Assembly: GCA_030295235.1 (NCBI GenBank)
Contig: AP026132.1
Location: 1,054,001-1,118,000 of the forward strand
Direction of reading: 5' to 3'
DNA: 64,000 nt
Source of the DNA: Fistulifera solaris
Taxonomy: Eukaryota
The notes beneath the pieces are model-generated. The model was not told the DNA's origin and made no database searches. It was given only the letters and a program-made list of their open reading frames with translations. A program made the translations under genes and the position numbers. Below are positions 24,355-36,651 of the stretch, piece by piece (positions within the stretch are counted from its first letter, which is position 1; each line of letters begins with the position of its first letter).

Positions 24355-27300
24355 ATGACCTCAACACGCAATTGTGTTGGTGAAAGCGTTTTCATTCGCG
24401 ATGATTTGTACGAATGGCTTCCGGCCGTCATTACCGAGCTCGACCTCGAGAATGATCGGGCCTTGGTCGAAACAAAGTTGCCGGATACCTGGAAGAAGCA
24501 CACCGTTCTGGTCAACGAGGATTCTGACGGAGCTCTCAATCAACAAAAATGGGTGACGCTGAGTGACTATCCTCGTCACAAATTGCCCCGTCGCAGTGAT
24601 ATCATTGTGAGGGATATGGCGGATATTCCCCACTTGCATGAAGCGACCATGCTTTATCAAATCAAGGAACGACATGCACAACAAAAACCATATACTCGTG
24701 TCGGGGAGATTGTGGTTGCAGTAAATCCTTGTCGATGGATCCCCGAACTTTACTCGCAAGAAACGCAAAAGGCATACGCTTGCAATCTCGTTTGGAATCG
24801 TAAGTACTACCGCACAACTGTCTGTATTTCACGTAAGATGGTTTCTCATACTGTGAGCTGCCTCTCGTTAGACCCAACAGTGGAAGCCGGGATTTCGTCA
24901 AGCGAGGAGAAGAAAGATGACGACACGAACACAAGAACGAGCCCCACAAGCTTTGGTGGTGTCTATGATCGCTTGGGGTACGAGCCCCACGTTTACGAGG
25001 TTTCAGCGCTTGCCTATCGTGGACTCGTCATGGACAAAAAGGATCAAGCTATTTTTGTTTCCGGTGAATCCGGCGCTGGAAAGACGGAAACAGTCAAAAT
25101 CGTCTTGAAACATTTAGCGCGACTGCCGGAATGGGGCTCGAATTATAGCGGATCCGACCATTCGTCGCATACTATGGTAGATAATATCTTGGAGAGTATC
25201 CCTCTTTTGAAGCCTTCGGTAATGCCAAAACGAAAAGAAATCACAATAGTTCACGGTTTGCGAAAGTCACCAACCTACAATTTTCGGAGGACGAAAACAA
25301 ACAAATGAGCTTTCTCACGGGGATTTACACAGAGGCTCACCTTTTAGAAAAGAGCCGTGTGGTCTCACAGTTCCCGGATGAAAGAAACTTTCATGTTTTC
25401 TATCAGCTTTTGAGCGCATCTGCTGAGGAAAAGGAGGAGCTGCTAGGTGAAGACTGGCGAAATTCATCGCCGTGTGACTTTCGCTATCTCGTGACGACTT
25501 CAAACGACGCGTCGCATCAAAATGATCTCAAAGATTGGGAAAATACGCTTCATGCATTGCAATTCTTTGGCTGGAACAATGAAGAGTTGAAGTCCCTCAT
25601 TCAAGCGCTTGGAGTTCTTCTCCGACTAGGAAATATCTCTTTCACAGATACAACTGACGGTGAGGCGGTCATAGATAATCGTGATGAATTACAAAAGCTT
25701 TCTAAGGACTTGGGGGTCTCGACGGAAGCTCTTGAAAAAGCGATGACTTCCAAGCGTATTAAAGTCGTGGACGATGAGGTTGACGTGCCTTTACCTTCTT
25801 CACAAGCTAAAGAATGCTGCGATGCGTTGGCTAAAATCATCTATTCACGACTGTTCGAAGTCTTAGCGGATCGAATAAATAAGAAAACCCATGTCAATGA
25901 CCACTACGGATCTCGGGTGATTTCTTTGCTTGATATGTTTGGTTTTGAAAGCTTTGATACGAATGGGTTTGATCAGTTGTGCGTTAACTACTCAAACGAA
26001 AAGCTGCAACAGAAGTACGTCCACGATAATATTCTTCGGCTAACTAAAGAGTATCGAGATGAGGGCATTACACTATTTGATATTGATTCCATTGATAACG
26101 CGTGCACCGTTGCCCTGTTCGAGAACACAAGAGGAATTATCACGGTACTTGACGATGAGTGTCTTCGTCCAAATGGAACCGATGAAGTAAGTCCTAAAGA
26201 TATTATGCTGCTCAAAAGAAACATTTACCTGACCTTTGTGTTCGTTTCGAAGTCATTTGTTTACAAACTAAAAGGCACGAGTAGGGCATTGATCGAAAAT
26301 AATCTTCATACCAAGACAGAGTTCTCGATTCATCATTATGCTGGCCCCGTTGCTTATGATGCCAAGGGATTTATTGAACGAAACAGTGACAAGCTACCAC
26401 GAGATGTTATCCTGGTCGCATCAAAATCTTCTAATGGAATCATCCGATCAGAGCTGATGCAACTAATTAGGGAAGAAGAAATGAGTTTGAGAACAAAAAA
26501 GAGAAAAACGTCGATCATGCAAAAGTTTCAAGTCCAACTTCATTCTCTTTTGGACAACATGAGCAACATGCAAGTGCGCTACATACGATGTATAAAACCA
26601 AATGATTTTCTTGAAGCAAGTCGCACAGATCACTTGAAAACACTTCAACAGATAAAATGTGCTGGACTGGTCACGGCAATAGAAATGGGCCGAAAAACTT
26701 TTCCTGATAAGCTTTCATTTTCGCTTATCGAACAACGCTTCTCGTGTTTGCTTTCTTCTGACTACCAAAGCATGCTGAAGGATATTCCGCTCCATGATAG
26801 GGCATGCTTGATGATGACTTTTATTTTTGCAAATTATGTTGGAAGTTTTGACGACGATGAAACTGGGTTACCTTATGCTTGTGGTAAAACAAATATTTAC
26901 TTTCGAGCCGGAGCAGTTGAACATCTTGAATCGCTTCGACGAAGTTTGTTTTCGAATAAGGCAACCGTTTTACAAGCTTGGTACCGAGCAAAAACCCAGC
27001 TGAGAAAGTACTCTTCCTTGCGTCGCTCAGTCGTTTTTATTCAGGCTTGCAACAAGAGTCGAAAGCAGCGACTGCAGTACTTGACTTTAAAAAGTGGCAT
27101 CCTGCGTTTACAAGCAGTCTACTTCAGCTGTCAGCTGCGGATACTTTACGAAAAGAAGCGAGGCGCAGCAGTAGCAGTTCAGAGGTGTTACCGCTTGCTT
27201 TTCGCGCGACGAAATGCTGTCTTCCGAATACAAAGTTGGTTCAGACATAGAATAGCAGAGCGTCTTTTAGCACGAAGATGCCATGCTGCATTGATGTTGC

Positions 27301-28466
27301 AAAGTCTGTTCAGGGCTCGCTTCTCAAAAACAAAAGTTAATCGTCTCCGATGCGCAGCGTTGAAGTTAACATCTTTTGTCCGCATGGCTCTTGTAAGGCG
27401 TCGCTACGCAGAGGCTCGTCAAGCTTCAAGGACAAGACTTTGCACTACGCAAGAATTTGGTCATGACAAAGCCCATATGCCGATAACCAAAGACACCCAA
27501 AATCACTTTGAAGCTCACTGTGGATTTGTTCCCGAAGCAGAGATGGAAGCTACGCATCATGACGAAAATAGGAAGGCTATACGTGACGAAATGTGCACAA
27601 TTGATCTGACAGACAATGAAAAGACTGTCTGTCGATACTGCAACCATTTACGCCACGATGATTCTTCAGTTAACAGACAGCGCATTCGTGATTTGAGGCA
27701 GGAAATTGTTCATGTAACTGAAGAAGCTGAGTTACACAATCGACTGGTGGAAGCAGAATTTGAAGAACGCATTGCTGATTACGAGTCGGAAGTTCTGCAA
27801 CTACAGAATAACGTTGCCTATCTTGAGGCCGAAAAGAGCGCGTTGCTAGCTCAGATAGACACCGTCCAGCTTAACTACACGAAAACAATACAATTGCTCC
27901 AGCGAGGAATGCGTGATACTACAAATTCGCACAAAGAATATTTGGCCAAAATTATGTCCCAGCTTGAGAGATCCAACGAACAAAGAAAGGCAGAAACTGC
28001 ACGCTTCTCGGAAGAGCTCCATAGCATGAAGTTATCCAGTGATGCGAAGATCCAAGCTCTCGAGAAAGAAAATAACGTGTTGCGCAATGCACTTGACGAG
28101 CACGAAAGGCTTCGGCAATTTGTCTCGGAAAAAACAGACGTGATGCGAGAAATGCAAAGGTTGTTGCGCAAAATGGAAAAGCTTCTCTCTCCACAACAAA
28201 TCCTACTGGCTATTGACTATGCGAGCAATGATGCCTGTCAAAGACATGCTGTCATCGAAAAACACATCTCAGCAAAATGCAGGAAGACTCTATATCACCT
28301 TGAAGATCTTATCATGCACACGTTACATACAAGGACGTCAAACGGTTTTGAGGCGGAGATAATTGGTCTCCAAAATCAACTAGTGCGGGCATATGAGGAT
28401 AAAGAACAACTTCAAGAAGAAATTGCGCTTCTCAGGTCTACCCAAGTCCATGACAGGCAAACTTAA
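24355..28466 (+). CDS. Myosin heavy chain (motor, IQ motifs, coiled-coil tail)
   Basis: P-loop GESGAGKTE. EAFGNAKT..NHNSSRF lies in a shifted frame near 25210-25260. Also LLEKSRVV, DMFGFE, YIRCIKPN and several IQ-like LQAWYR/IQSWFR/LQSLFR. Probable introns 24800-24871 and 26187-26252. Confidence 0.95.
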
Positions 28467-28617
28467 ATGTAATTGAATTTACTAGACCTTTTGCAGTAAA
28501 ATTCGAGCTTTGTTGATCGTCTAAAAAACTCATCATTTGTTTAGTATATAAGGATCATCATGTTCAACTTTTGCTAATTTAATTTTGAATGCATAAGAGG
28601 TGCGTAGCTACAAATGA

Positions 28618-31600
28618 TTATTGATCGTCTCCACCCACCAGAGTAGATCGCTGTGCACCAGGGGGCATACACGATCGGGCCACACTTTCGAAAACTTTTT
28701 CGATTTCGGTTGCACAACGAGTAAAGGGATAGCTCCAGAAGCTGTACCTTTGGTTTTTTATTAGCTCGATAAAGGTGACCAAGAGTCCCCATGGATGGGG
28801 CCGGTTTACAATAAGCCTCTCCAGCAAAACCCTAGTAACCTGCTCCTTCACAGCAACATTCTTCGATTCACTGAAAGGTAAAGCATCACGCAAGAAAAAT
28901 AATGCGTGTGACTGGAAGGATAGCGAAGTTGATTTGCTATTGCGTTGAGACAAACATAGCGACCATGGTCGTCAAATTCCATAAGCTTCTGAATTAATTC
29001 GATCTCAGGAGTCCGAGACAAAGATATCTGCGAGCTCTGCATACGTGCCAGAGCGTGGGCACCGACGTAGATGATCAGAGAGTTTGCTTTCGCTGCGTCG
29101 ACCTTTCCGGTACCAGGTTTCAGTAGAAGCTGGGGAAGGGCCGACAGAAGATTACGACGCTGTCCTTCTTTCAAGTAGGCATCAAGGTGGCTTTTGAAAT
29201 TCTCAATCGGACCAAAGACACTTGATAGCACAACAGGGCTTCTGGTGATATCGCGGAGCAAATCGATCTTAAGGTTAGGTGTAAAAGGATCCGGAGGAGA
29301 CATTCCCTTCGGGGTTGCAGAGAGAACAATGTTTCGAAATTGTACGCATGTGTCGGGTATAACATTGCAGAGAGAAACATGGTAGGCAGCCAAAAAGGAC
29401 GGAAAGTCGTGCAGAAGAACCAAAAGTACACGAAGAGACCCCTCATAAAACTTTTTGATACAATCAGGAAGTTCGATGGACTTAAGATATGGCTCGAGAA
29501 AGAGGAGCCCATCGATAAGTAGCTGGTGCATGATATGCCATGCTTTCTGACCCGGAAACAACATCAGATTGGGTAAGAAATGACGGTGCGAAATCAGTTC
29601 TAGCCAACTGAATGCAAAACCTGGATTCAAGAATTTTAAGTTGATAAAGTTCGACAAGGCAAACAAAGCCGAGAAAAACTTACCAGGCATTACAAGGGGT
29701 TGAGAGGCATGCAGTGCAGCACCAAAAATACTCAAGACACCGAGGCGAATACTTTCCGATTCCGGGCTCGGTTTGTTCAAGTCAACCATCAAGTTCAAGA
29801 AAAGCCGATACCATGGGCGTTGATCCCATGGTCCAGAGTTGCCATCAACCTTCCACTTTTCTGAGTGCCATACCATGGTGCGCACAAGCACTCCCAATAT
29901 CTTGTTGAGCATTCCAAGCCGCTGGGTATCGAGCTGATCTTGGGAGCCACTGACTTTCACGCGACGGAAAAGCAAACAAAGGAGTCTGCAATACATGTCG
30001 GCCAAGGAAAAATTCAAGGGCGCCCTCGACTTATCACCATCTGGACTAGCTGATTTAAGAACGGCCTCGTCAATTATCGTAACCGAAAGCCTCAAAAACG
30101 CTCAGTCTTTTCCTCGTTCTTGCCGAAGCCGTATTGCTCGAGCACCTGGAGAAATTGGGAAATCGTATTTTCATTTCTAAGCCCATCCGCCTGGATCCGC
30201 ATCCAGCCGTCAAGGAGAACTGTAACTTGCTGTTTCGCATTGCTGGGGTCTCTACTTACAAAACCAGTGGTTGCATCGGCGATGAGCTTTGGGGCTACAC
30301 TTAGTTTCTCCAAAGATTCATTTGATAGACTGGAAGTTTCGGTAAGTGAGACGCGATTTCCTGAACTTGCAAAAGGTTGACTCTGAACTCTAGATATGCG
30401 ATCCCTGTCGTCCGGGAGACTTCGTGTTTCTTCCAACATTCGTAGAATCTGTTTTCTGTATGCTTGCACAACTTGTTGATTTGCCTGGCTCCGGTTGTCA
30501 ACAATTCTCGTCATCAGATCAATAAGTTTCGGAAAGTCCGACGGATTAGAAATTGACTCCACAAAAGCCGTGCGTATCAAGTATAAGGAAAACTCAACCC
30601 AAACATGGTTTCTTCCGTTATCCGCCCTGGCTGCAAGGAAACTATCGAGCTCTTGAACCGCAAGCAATCGGCTTCGCAGCAACAACAGCAAAACTGTTTT
30701 GTGTAGACGACGCTGCACATCGCTGTTCGTAGGTGCGTATGTGACCCACGTCCCCAAGTCCTTTCCCAGCTTCGGGCAAAAGATGTTGATGTTTTCCATA
30801 AGAGCAACAAGAACCTCCAATCGCAACGGTTCCTTTAGGCTGAGGTCGTAGAGGCGCTTAAATATTCCTTGAGAAAAAGCTAGAATCATCTCTTGTTCAG
30901 GAGCTGAAAGCGGACGCGAAATGTTTCCCGAAGTCGAATTAGGCATGACTTGTTTAATAGCAGCAATAAGCTGCTTGACCTGGTGATCAGGAGGAAGCAT
31001 AGCCAGTTTAATTTCCCCGCTCCTAGCCCCGGCAGCAGAGAGTAAGGCGTTGACAACAGAATCCAGCTTCGTACTAATAGAAGCGAGAACTTCAGCGCTA
31101 AACTGCTGACCCATCGCTTTCTGCGGAGTCTGAGGATCCTTTGTGATTCCTTGGTTTTCGACCCTCGGAGGAAGAGTGGAGCCCCCGGTGACAGGGGGTG
31201 CCCGATCGGGGTAATCTTTGAAAGCTCTCGTATAGCTGAAAATGCTCCTCCCTCAACCCACCCGGCTTCGGAAGAAGTGCTTCAGGCAATGCAGAAGGAT
31301 ACCGCTGAGTTCCACCAGCAAAAATGGAGCTATCGAAGTAAGGCTGCCCCGTCTGTTCTCTGTGACTTCGTCTTGCAGTAATGGCAGGAGCAAGCGCTTC
31401 ATCAACATCCCGAACCGCCTTTTCAGTGGCTGCCTTCTCAATAAGGCGGCAGCCTAACTCAGGTTGTCTGTCGAGCAAATCTGAACACACTGCTCAATCG
31501 CAGTTTGTTCTTGCTCTCCGAGTTTGCTGGTATTTTCGACAGCAGCTGTAAGTAGCTGGCGAAGGTGGGACGAGATGCTTGACCGAAGTGGTTCACGACA

Positions 31601-34600
31601 TGTGACTAGGGCAAGACTACCTGCTAAATTTGCAACCATCAACTGACCTGCTTTCCTCAATTTTGCTTCGTCACTTTCCATCGCGAAGTCTTTAGTCACA
31701 ATTTCTTTAGTGGTGATGCAAGCAATGGTAACGCTTCGCTCCACGACCGGCTGAATTATTTCTCGGATGGCTCGATCAACAGCTATAGGGACCCAACGTT
31801 TGAATGACGTAGAAGTAACCAAGCTCGAAAGTGTCGCTCCACCTTGTGTCTGTATTAGCTGTATCAGACTTGGATTGACTGTGACATAAGAAGCAAGGTT
31901 TGGAATGACAGTTTCAAGCTGCTCCTGGCCAGGTCCACTTAAACTATTAGCTCCATCGGGTAAAGGCGACGCAAGGCCCGCCCCTGGACCAGGACTTCCT
32001 TTCGCTGTATTCCCCCGAAATTTTTGGAGCAGTCATTGTCGTTTTGATGTTGAAGTCAGGATTATCGTTTTTTGCGGGAGCTACACGAAGGGCTAATACT
32101 TCGTTCCGTAAAGGTATGTCTTCCAATCTTATCCCTAGATTCTTGCAAAGAACTTCCACCTCAAACTTGATATTCATTTTCAAGCCTTGTACGTTGTAGA
32201 CAGATCTGAAGACCCCGAGAATACCCATCAACCAGGGGTTCGGTGGACGAAAAACTTTAGAGTTTTTAGCCCCTTCAAGCGTCTTCGCAAGAAAAGGGGC
32301 GACCGCAATCAACTTGCCAGTCTCGTAACCTTGGAGAAGCAGCTCTTTGCAGTCAAGCGTTACTTGAAGAATTGGCCGATTTCGAGCGAGCGTGATTTGA
32401 CCCAACCATATACCAAGATTCTTGAGGTAACTACGCTCAGACGACGATGTTGTGATTTTCGACGAGCGAAGTAGTTTACCGATGTTGTGATACACACTCC
32501 TCAAAATGGCCTCCACCAATCCTTTCCCATAGTCGCCAAGGCTATCAAGAAACGCTAGATACAGAGAGTGAAAGTTCGCCTGTGTACTGATACGCTTCAC
32601 CACAAGATAATGACCTAGCCAATCGAAATACTGGGGATCCAGCATCTCCTTCAATTCTTGGGCCTTCTTTTCGACATTAGCAGGGGCTAGATTATTTACT
32701 AGGAACTGGACCTTGTCCAAGATCGTATCGGTTGGCGCCTCAAGAACTCGCTCCTCGTCACCATTGTCAGTCACCGCTCGGCCTAACTTCTCGCCAAATA
32801 CTGCAACACGTGGTGCTTCATTTGTCGGAATCGTCAGCTGTTGGACCGCAGAGGTAGCAGACGCCATTGAAGCAACACTAGAAACTGACGGTAGGTCTTT
32901 ACCAATCGTCCCCCCACCACTGGATTGTGAATCAACTGAGTTACCAGAGCCCCGCTTTTGACTCTTATTCATCTCGGACTCTATCTCAGCCACAAGTTCA
33001 GCGTATTTTTCCTTCAAATGAGGTATTTGAACAATGTGAGAACAGTACTGCGGCCATTCATGAAGGCGGCCTTTGAATTGTTCCAAGGCAAACATGCCAA
33101 ATTTGAACATTTTTCCGGTACTTGTGGTCTCGGGCGGTTTTCGAAGTGCTTCAAGAACGTATCGAAGAGCTATTCCCAACGTAATACTGCTGACAAGTTG
33201 TTCTTGAATTAGTGCTCCAAAAAGAATCCCGGTTATACGTAATTCCTTTTCCGGGTACTTGTTGAAGAATCGATATTCGTTGAACAGATTGTGTACCATG
33301 CAAGCGAAAATTTCGTTTTCTTTGCTGTTGCCAGACGTTTTGAACCGCTTGAGCATCTCAACGACATCTCCAATGCTCTGTTCGGAAGTGTAAATTTTCT
33401 GAAAGTAAGCAGTTGCCATATCTTCAACATCTTCTGATGAAGTGAGAGGCGCTAAAGGTGTTGGGGGATTCTGACCAGATAAGGCAACTCGCAACGAGGG
33501 ATGGGCCGTCAAACAGGCGTCCATTAGCGACTTGACATTCTCCCCCAACGTCCCGGTAGCAAGAACTCGATCAAGACTTCCTACCACTGGTTGAGCCAAA
33601 ACACTTGCTTCCAGCGATTCTAGCAGTTGTAAGCTTATGACTATATTTTCCAGGCTGACAAGTGGACCATCGGCACCTCCAACTCGAGGCTTCGCTGCCG
33701 CATACGTTTTACGAAGGTACGAGACAAGCGAAAAAAGCAAACGGAGCGGCATAGCCCTTCGATGTTAGCTTTTCTCCAAGCCAAGGCTTCAGTTGAAGAA
33801 AGTCGTTGTCCGACATGACGAAGGCAATAGAAATACTATATTCAGCATCCTTGTTCCCACTGAGAAGGGAAGCCACAGCGTCCGCGGGAGACGGAAGGAG
33901 ACGAGCAATGTTGATGATGTGGAAAATCCCGGCTAAGCGGATTTGTGGACTGTCTTGAGCTACACTCCTCCAAGCCTCGAAACATGCAGCCATTACAGTC
34001 GTCGGCGATATGGCATACAGACGCCGTATTGCAGGCGGTCCATTCTGAACACGGTGGTGGGGATTCGGACGGAAAAATAATGGGATTAGCTCGCGCATTA
34101 GTTCTGTCTTCAGTTGGCGACCAGCGCTTGCAGCTGCATCTCCTCCAGGCTGCGAGGACGCCGTGTTGGCAACATGAAGTTGTAAGCGCACCAATGAACA
34201 AAATAGAACCTCGGGGCAACTCAAGAGGCACCGAACAAATAGATCTCTAACTGGCCGGTAGAGGGCAGGTACATCAGAAAGATGAAGAAGACGCTGCAGT
34301 ACTTCCATTGATGCCCAGCAGTCGGGGTTCGGAGCCAATGTCGGGCCCTCAGTCGGTGCGACGGCAGCATCCGCCATCTCTTCTTCGTTCAACGAGACCG
34401 TATAAACACTAGGCGGGCTTGCCACCATGGCCTCCAACAACGAGAACTGAGCCGATGGATTCCGCCAGTGACGTGTCAACGCAGCTAGAGGAGGAATCGT
34501 TTTCGCACCGGCTCTATACAATTCAACAAGCGTTCGAAATTGGTTGGTATCCACCATTCGGAATTCAGGAAAATCCCAGCTTTGGGCGACAATGTCCCAG

Positions 34601-35612
34601 TTAAAGGAGCTGTAGTCTTCGCTAATAACCTGTGCAACTGTTTCAAGGTTCCACCCGAAGGATGAATTGTCCATGTTGCGACCTGCAACAATTCCTCCCA
34701 TCAGTGATGATGACAAACCACTGGTTCCCGAGTCAATGGCATTCCTCTTGTCCGAGAAGAAAAAGATGATACTGGCCAGGGAAGACTCCGTTATGGCTCC
34801 ATGAGTCCTCGATACATCCGCCAGGACATCCCGTAATGCAGTTGGCGAGCGCGTGCATGATGGACCAAGTTCCGCTAATATATTAGGGATTACGCTCGAC
34901 CCGGAAAGGGAAATGCGGTCCGCAAAACCGGAAAGAAGTGAGGCCATGGCTTCGTCTGATAGTTTCGAATCCATCGGAGAAACTCTTTCTTTAGAAATCT
35001 GTTGCCGTAATGAAGTAAGTAGTGTGTTAACCCGCGTAGAACTGTCGGTTAGTGTCTGTAAACCAAAATAGATTGAGATTGTTATTTGACAAAGTTCGTT
35101 TTTTCGCGGACCGTTCAATGTAAGAGTATCAACATACCGGATAATCCTCTAGAACTTGAATTACCCTTTTAATGAAATCGTAATCCCAAGCTTGTGTTGA
35201 TAGTTCCTTGTGAGCAATCTCAACAGTTTCAAGTAAAGCTCTGGCGTCTCGTTCACGCGAAGGTGCGGCGGAGTTTGACAGAGAAGTAACCTAAGGATTA
35301 CCGCAATACAATGAGTTGGTTATCTTCATGCGAAAATTAACGTTAATCAACAAAATTTTGCAGATGCAGAACTTACAAGAAACTTGGAATACTCAAAAGG
35401 ACAATGTTCGGTGAGAGAGACTTGACTCTCTGCTGTACTGTCCGTCCGTAGCTTTCTACGAGGAGAGCCCCCGCACGGGGCGTGGCTTCAAACAAAGATC
35501 TCTCTAAGGCAAGGTCTCTCTGCGTTGTTTTCTCTTCTTTCTCTTCAAAAGAAGCTTCAATAATTTGATGAACTAGTTTTCGATTGTGGATTCCTTGATT
35601 CTCTTCGCTCAT
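28618..35612 (-). CDS. NOT1: CCR4-NOT scaffold subunit NOT1
   Basis: FNEYRFFNKYPEKELRITG, LKNLGIWLGQITLARNRPI, FRPPNPW, AIREIIQPVVERSVTIA, IANQLRYPSSHTHYFS and LLERLIVNRPHPWGLLVTFIEL. Several introns and frame breaks. Confidence 0.95.
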
Positions 35613-35820
35613 GGGCCATGGCAACTTGCAATGGTTGCCTTTTCACGCACTTTGTTTTTGTAAGGCAAAATGGCTTGCTGCTGCTGCGTGGCGACGAAGC
35701 AACAAACAGTCTGGCTTTGATACAAGTCCCGGTTCATTCCGTTGTCGATCCATTCCCTAGTATGACGAAGGACAAAGCGGCGCGAAGGTGTACGGCGGAA
35801 ACGTTGTACAGTACGGAAAC

Positions 35821-35889
35821 GACGTTAAAATTCTGCCTCGCCGTAGGCTCTACGTAGAAACTTGTACTGAGAGGCAGAATTTTAACGTC
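35821..35889. mobile_element. 69-bp perfect hairpin / MITE-like element, copy 1
   Basis: 19-bp arms GACGTTAAAATTCTGCCTC and GAGGCAGAATTTTAACGTC around a 31-nt loop. Second copy at 56822. Confidence 0.6.
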
Positions 35890-35994
35890 CTCTCCCCGGC
35901 GTGATGATGTTCCGATGCGGAAGACAGTCCCTCTTTGACAATCAACGCTTTCACCTTTGTGAAAATCGACTGCAATATATCAAACCCATAAAAA

Positions 35995-36485
35995 TGCAAC
36001 GCTTCGAATGTCTACGAAGTTTTCACGTAGCTCTCGTAGGGAAATTTATCGACAGAGGGATACCCGGATATTATGTAAATTCGATCACACCATTATTCGC
36101 TTCTTGGGGCACCAATCTCAACAATACTTTGCCCAACATCGCTAAGTACGAGCCACAAAACAATGATCACCTTTAAATTGACAGTGAAACATGAAACAGT
36201 AGAAACAAACAACGCTTCCTGTGTCTACGCGTCTTTTACGTAGCCGCCGTAGGAAATTTATCTCTGCAGGGGAACCCGGATGTTGTGTTTTTATTATTAT
36301 CCAATTATTGCATTCAAAGTGCACAGATGTCAACAATTTCTTACGCACCGTACTTGGTTTCCATTGCGAAGCAATAATTGCCATCGATTTGAAAACAAAA
36401 CGCTGACGGAACGAATGACGCAACGCTTCGAATGTCTACGTATTTTTCGTAGCTCTCGTACCTGGTAGGGAAATTTATCGAGGAG
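35995..36485. repeat. Degenerate repeat with ~212-bp period (3 copies of a ~60-bp core)
   Basis: AACGCTTC...GTCTACG...GTAGC...GTAGG(G)AAATTTATC at ~35998, ~36211 and ~36422. Confidence 0.75.
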
Positions 36486-36651
36486 AGATTATTTTTTTTA
36501 GTCGTGTGTCGTTTGGTTCCGAATAAAAAAGCTCCGCGCCTGCTCGTCCGCGCGGCATGCAGCCTTTTCTGTGTTGCAGTTCTCTTGACTTCGAGAGGCC
36601 TCATTCATTGTACTGGTAAGCCCCTCAACCTTTTCTAACTAAGCCATCAAC

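Noticed and set aside
35821..35889. tRNA or rho-independent terminator reading of the hairpin
   Set aside because: No cloverleaf or T-loop motif, no U-tract after the stem, and it lies upstream of eukaryotic genes.
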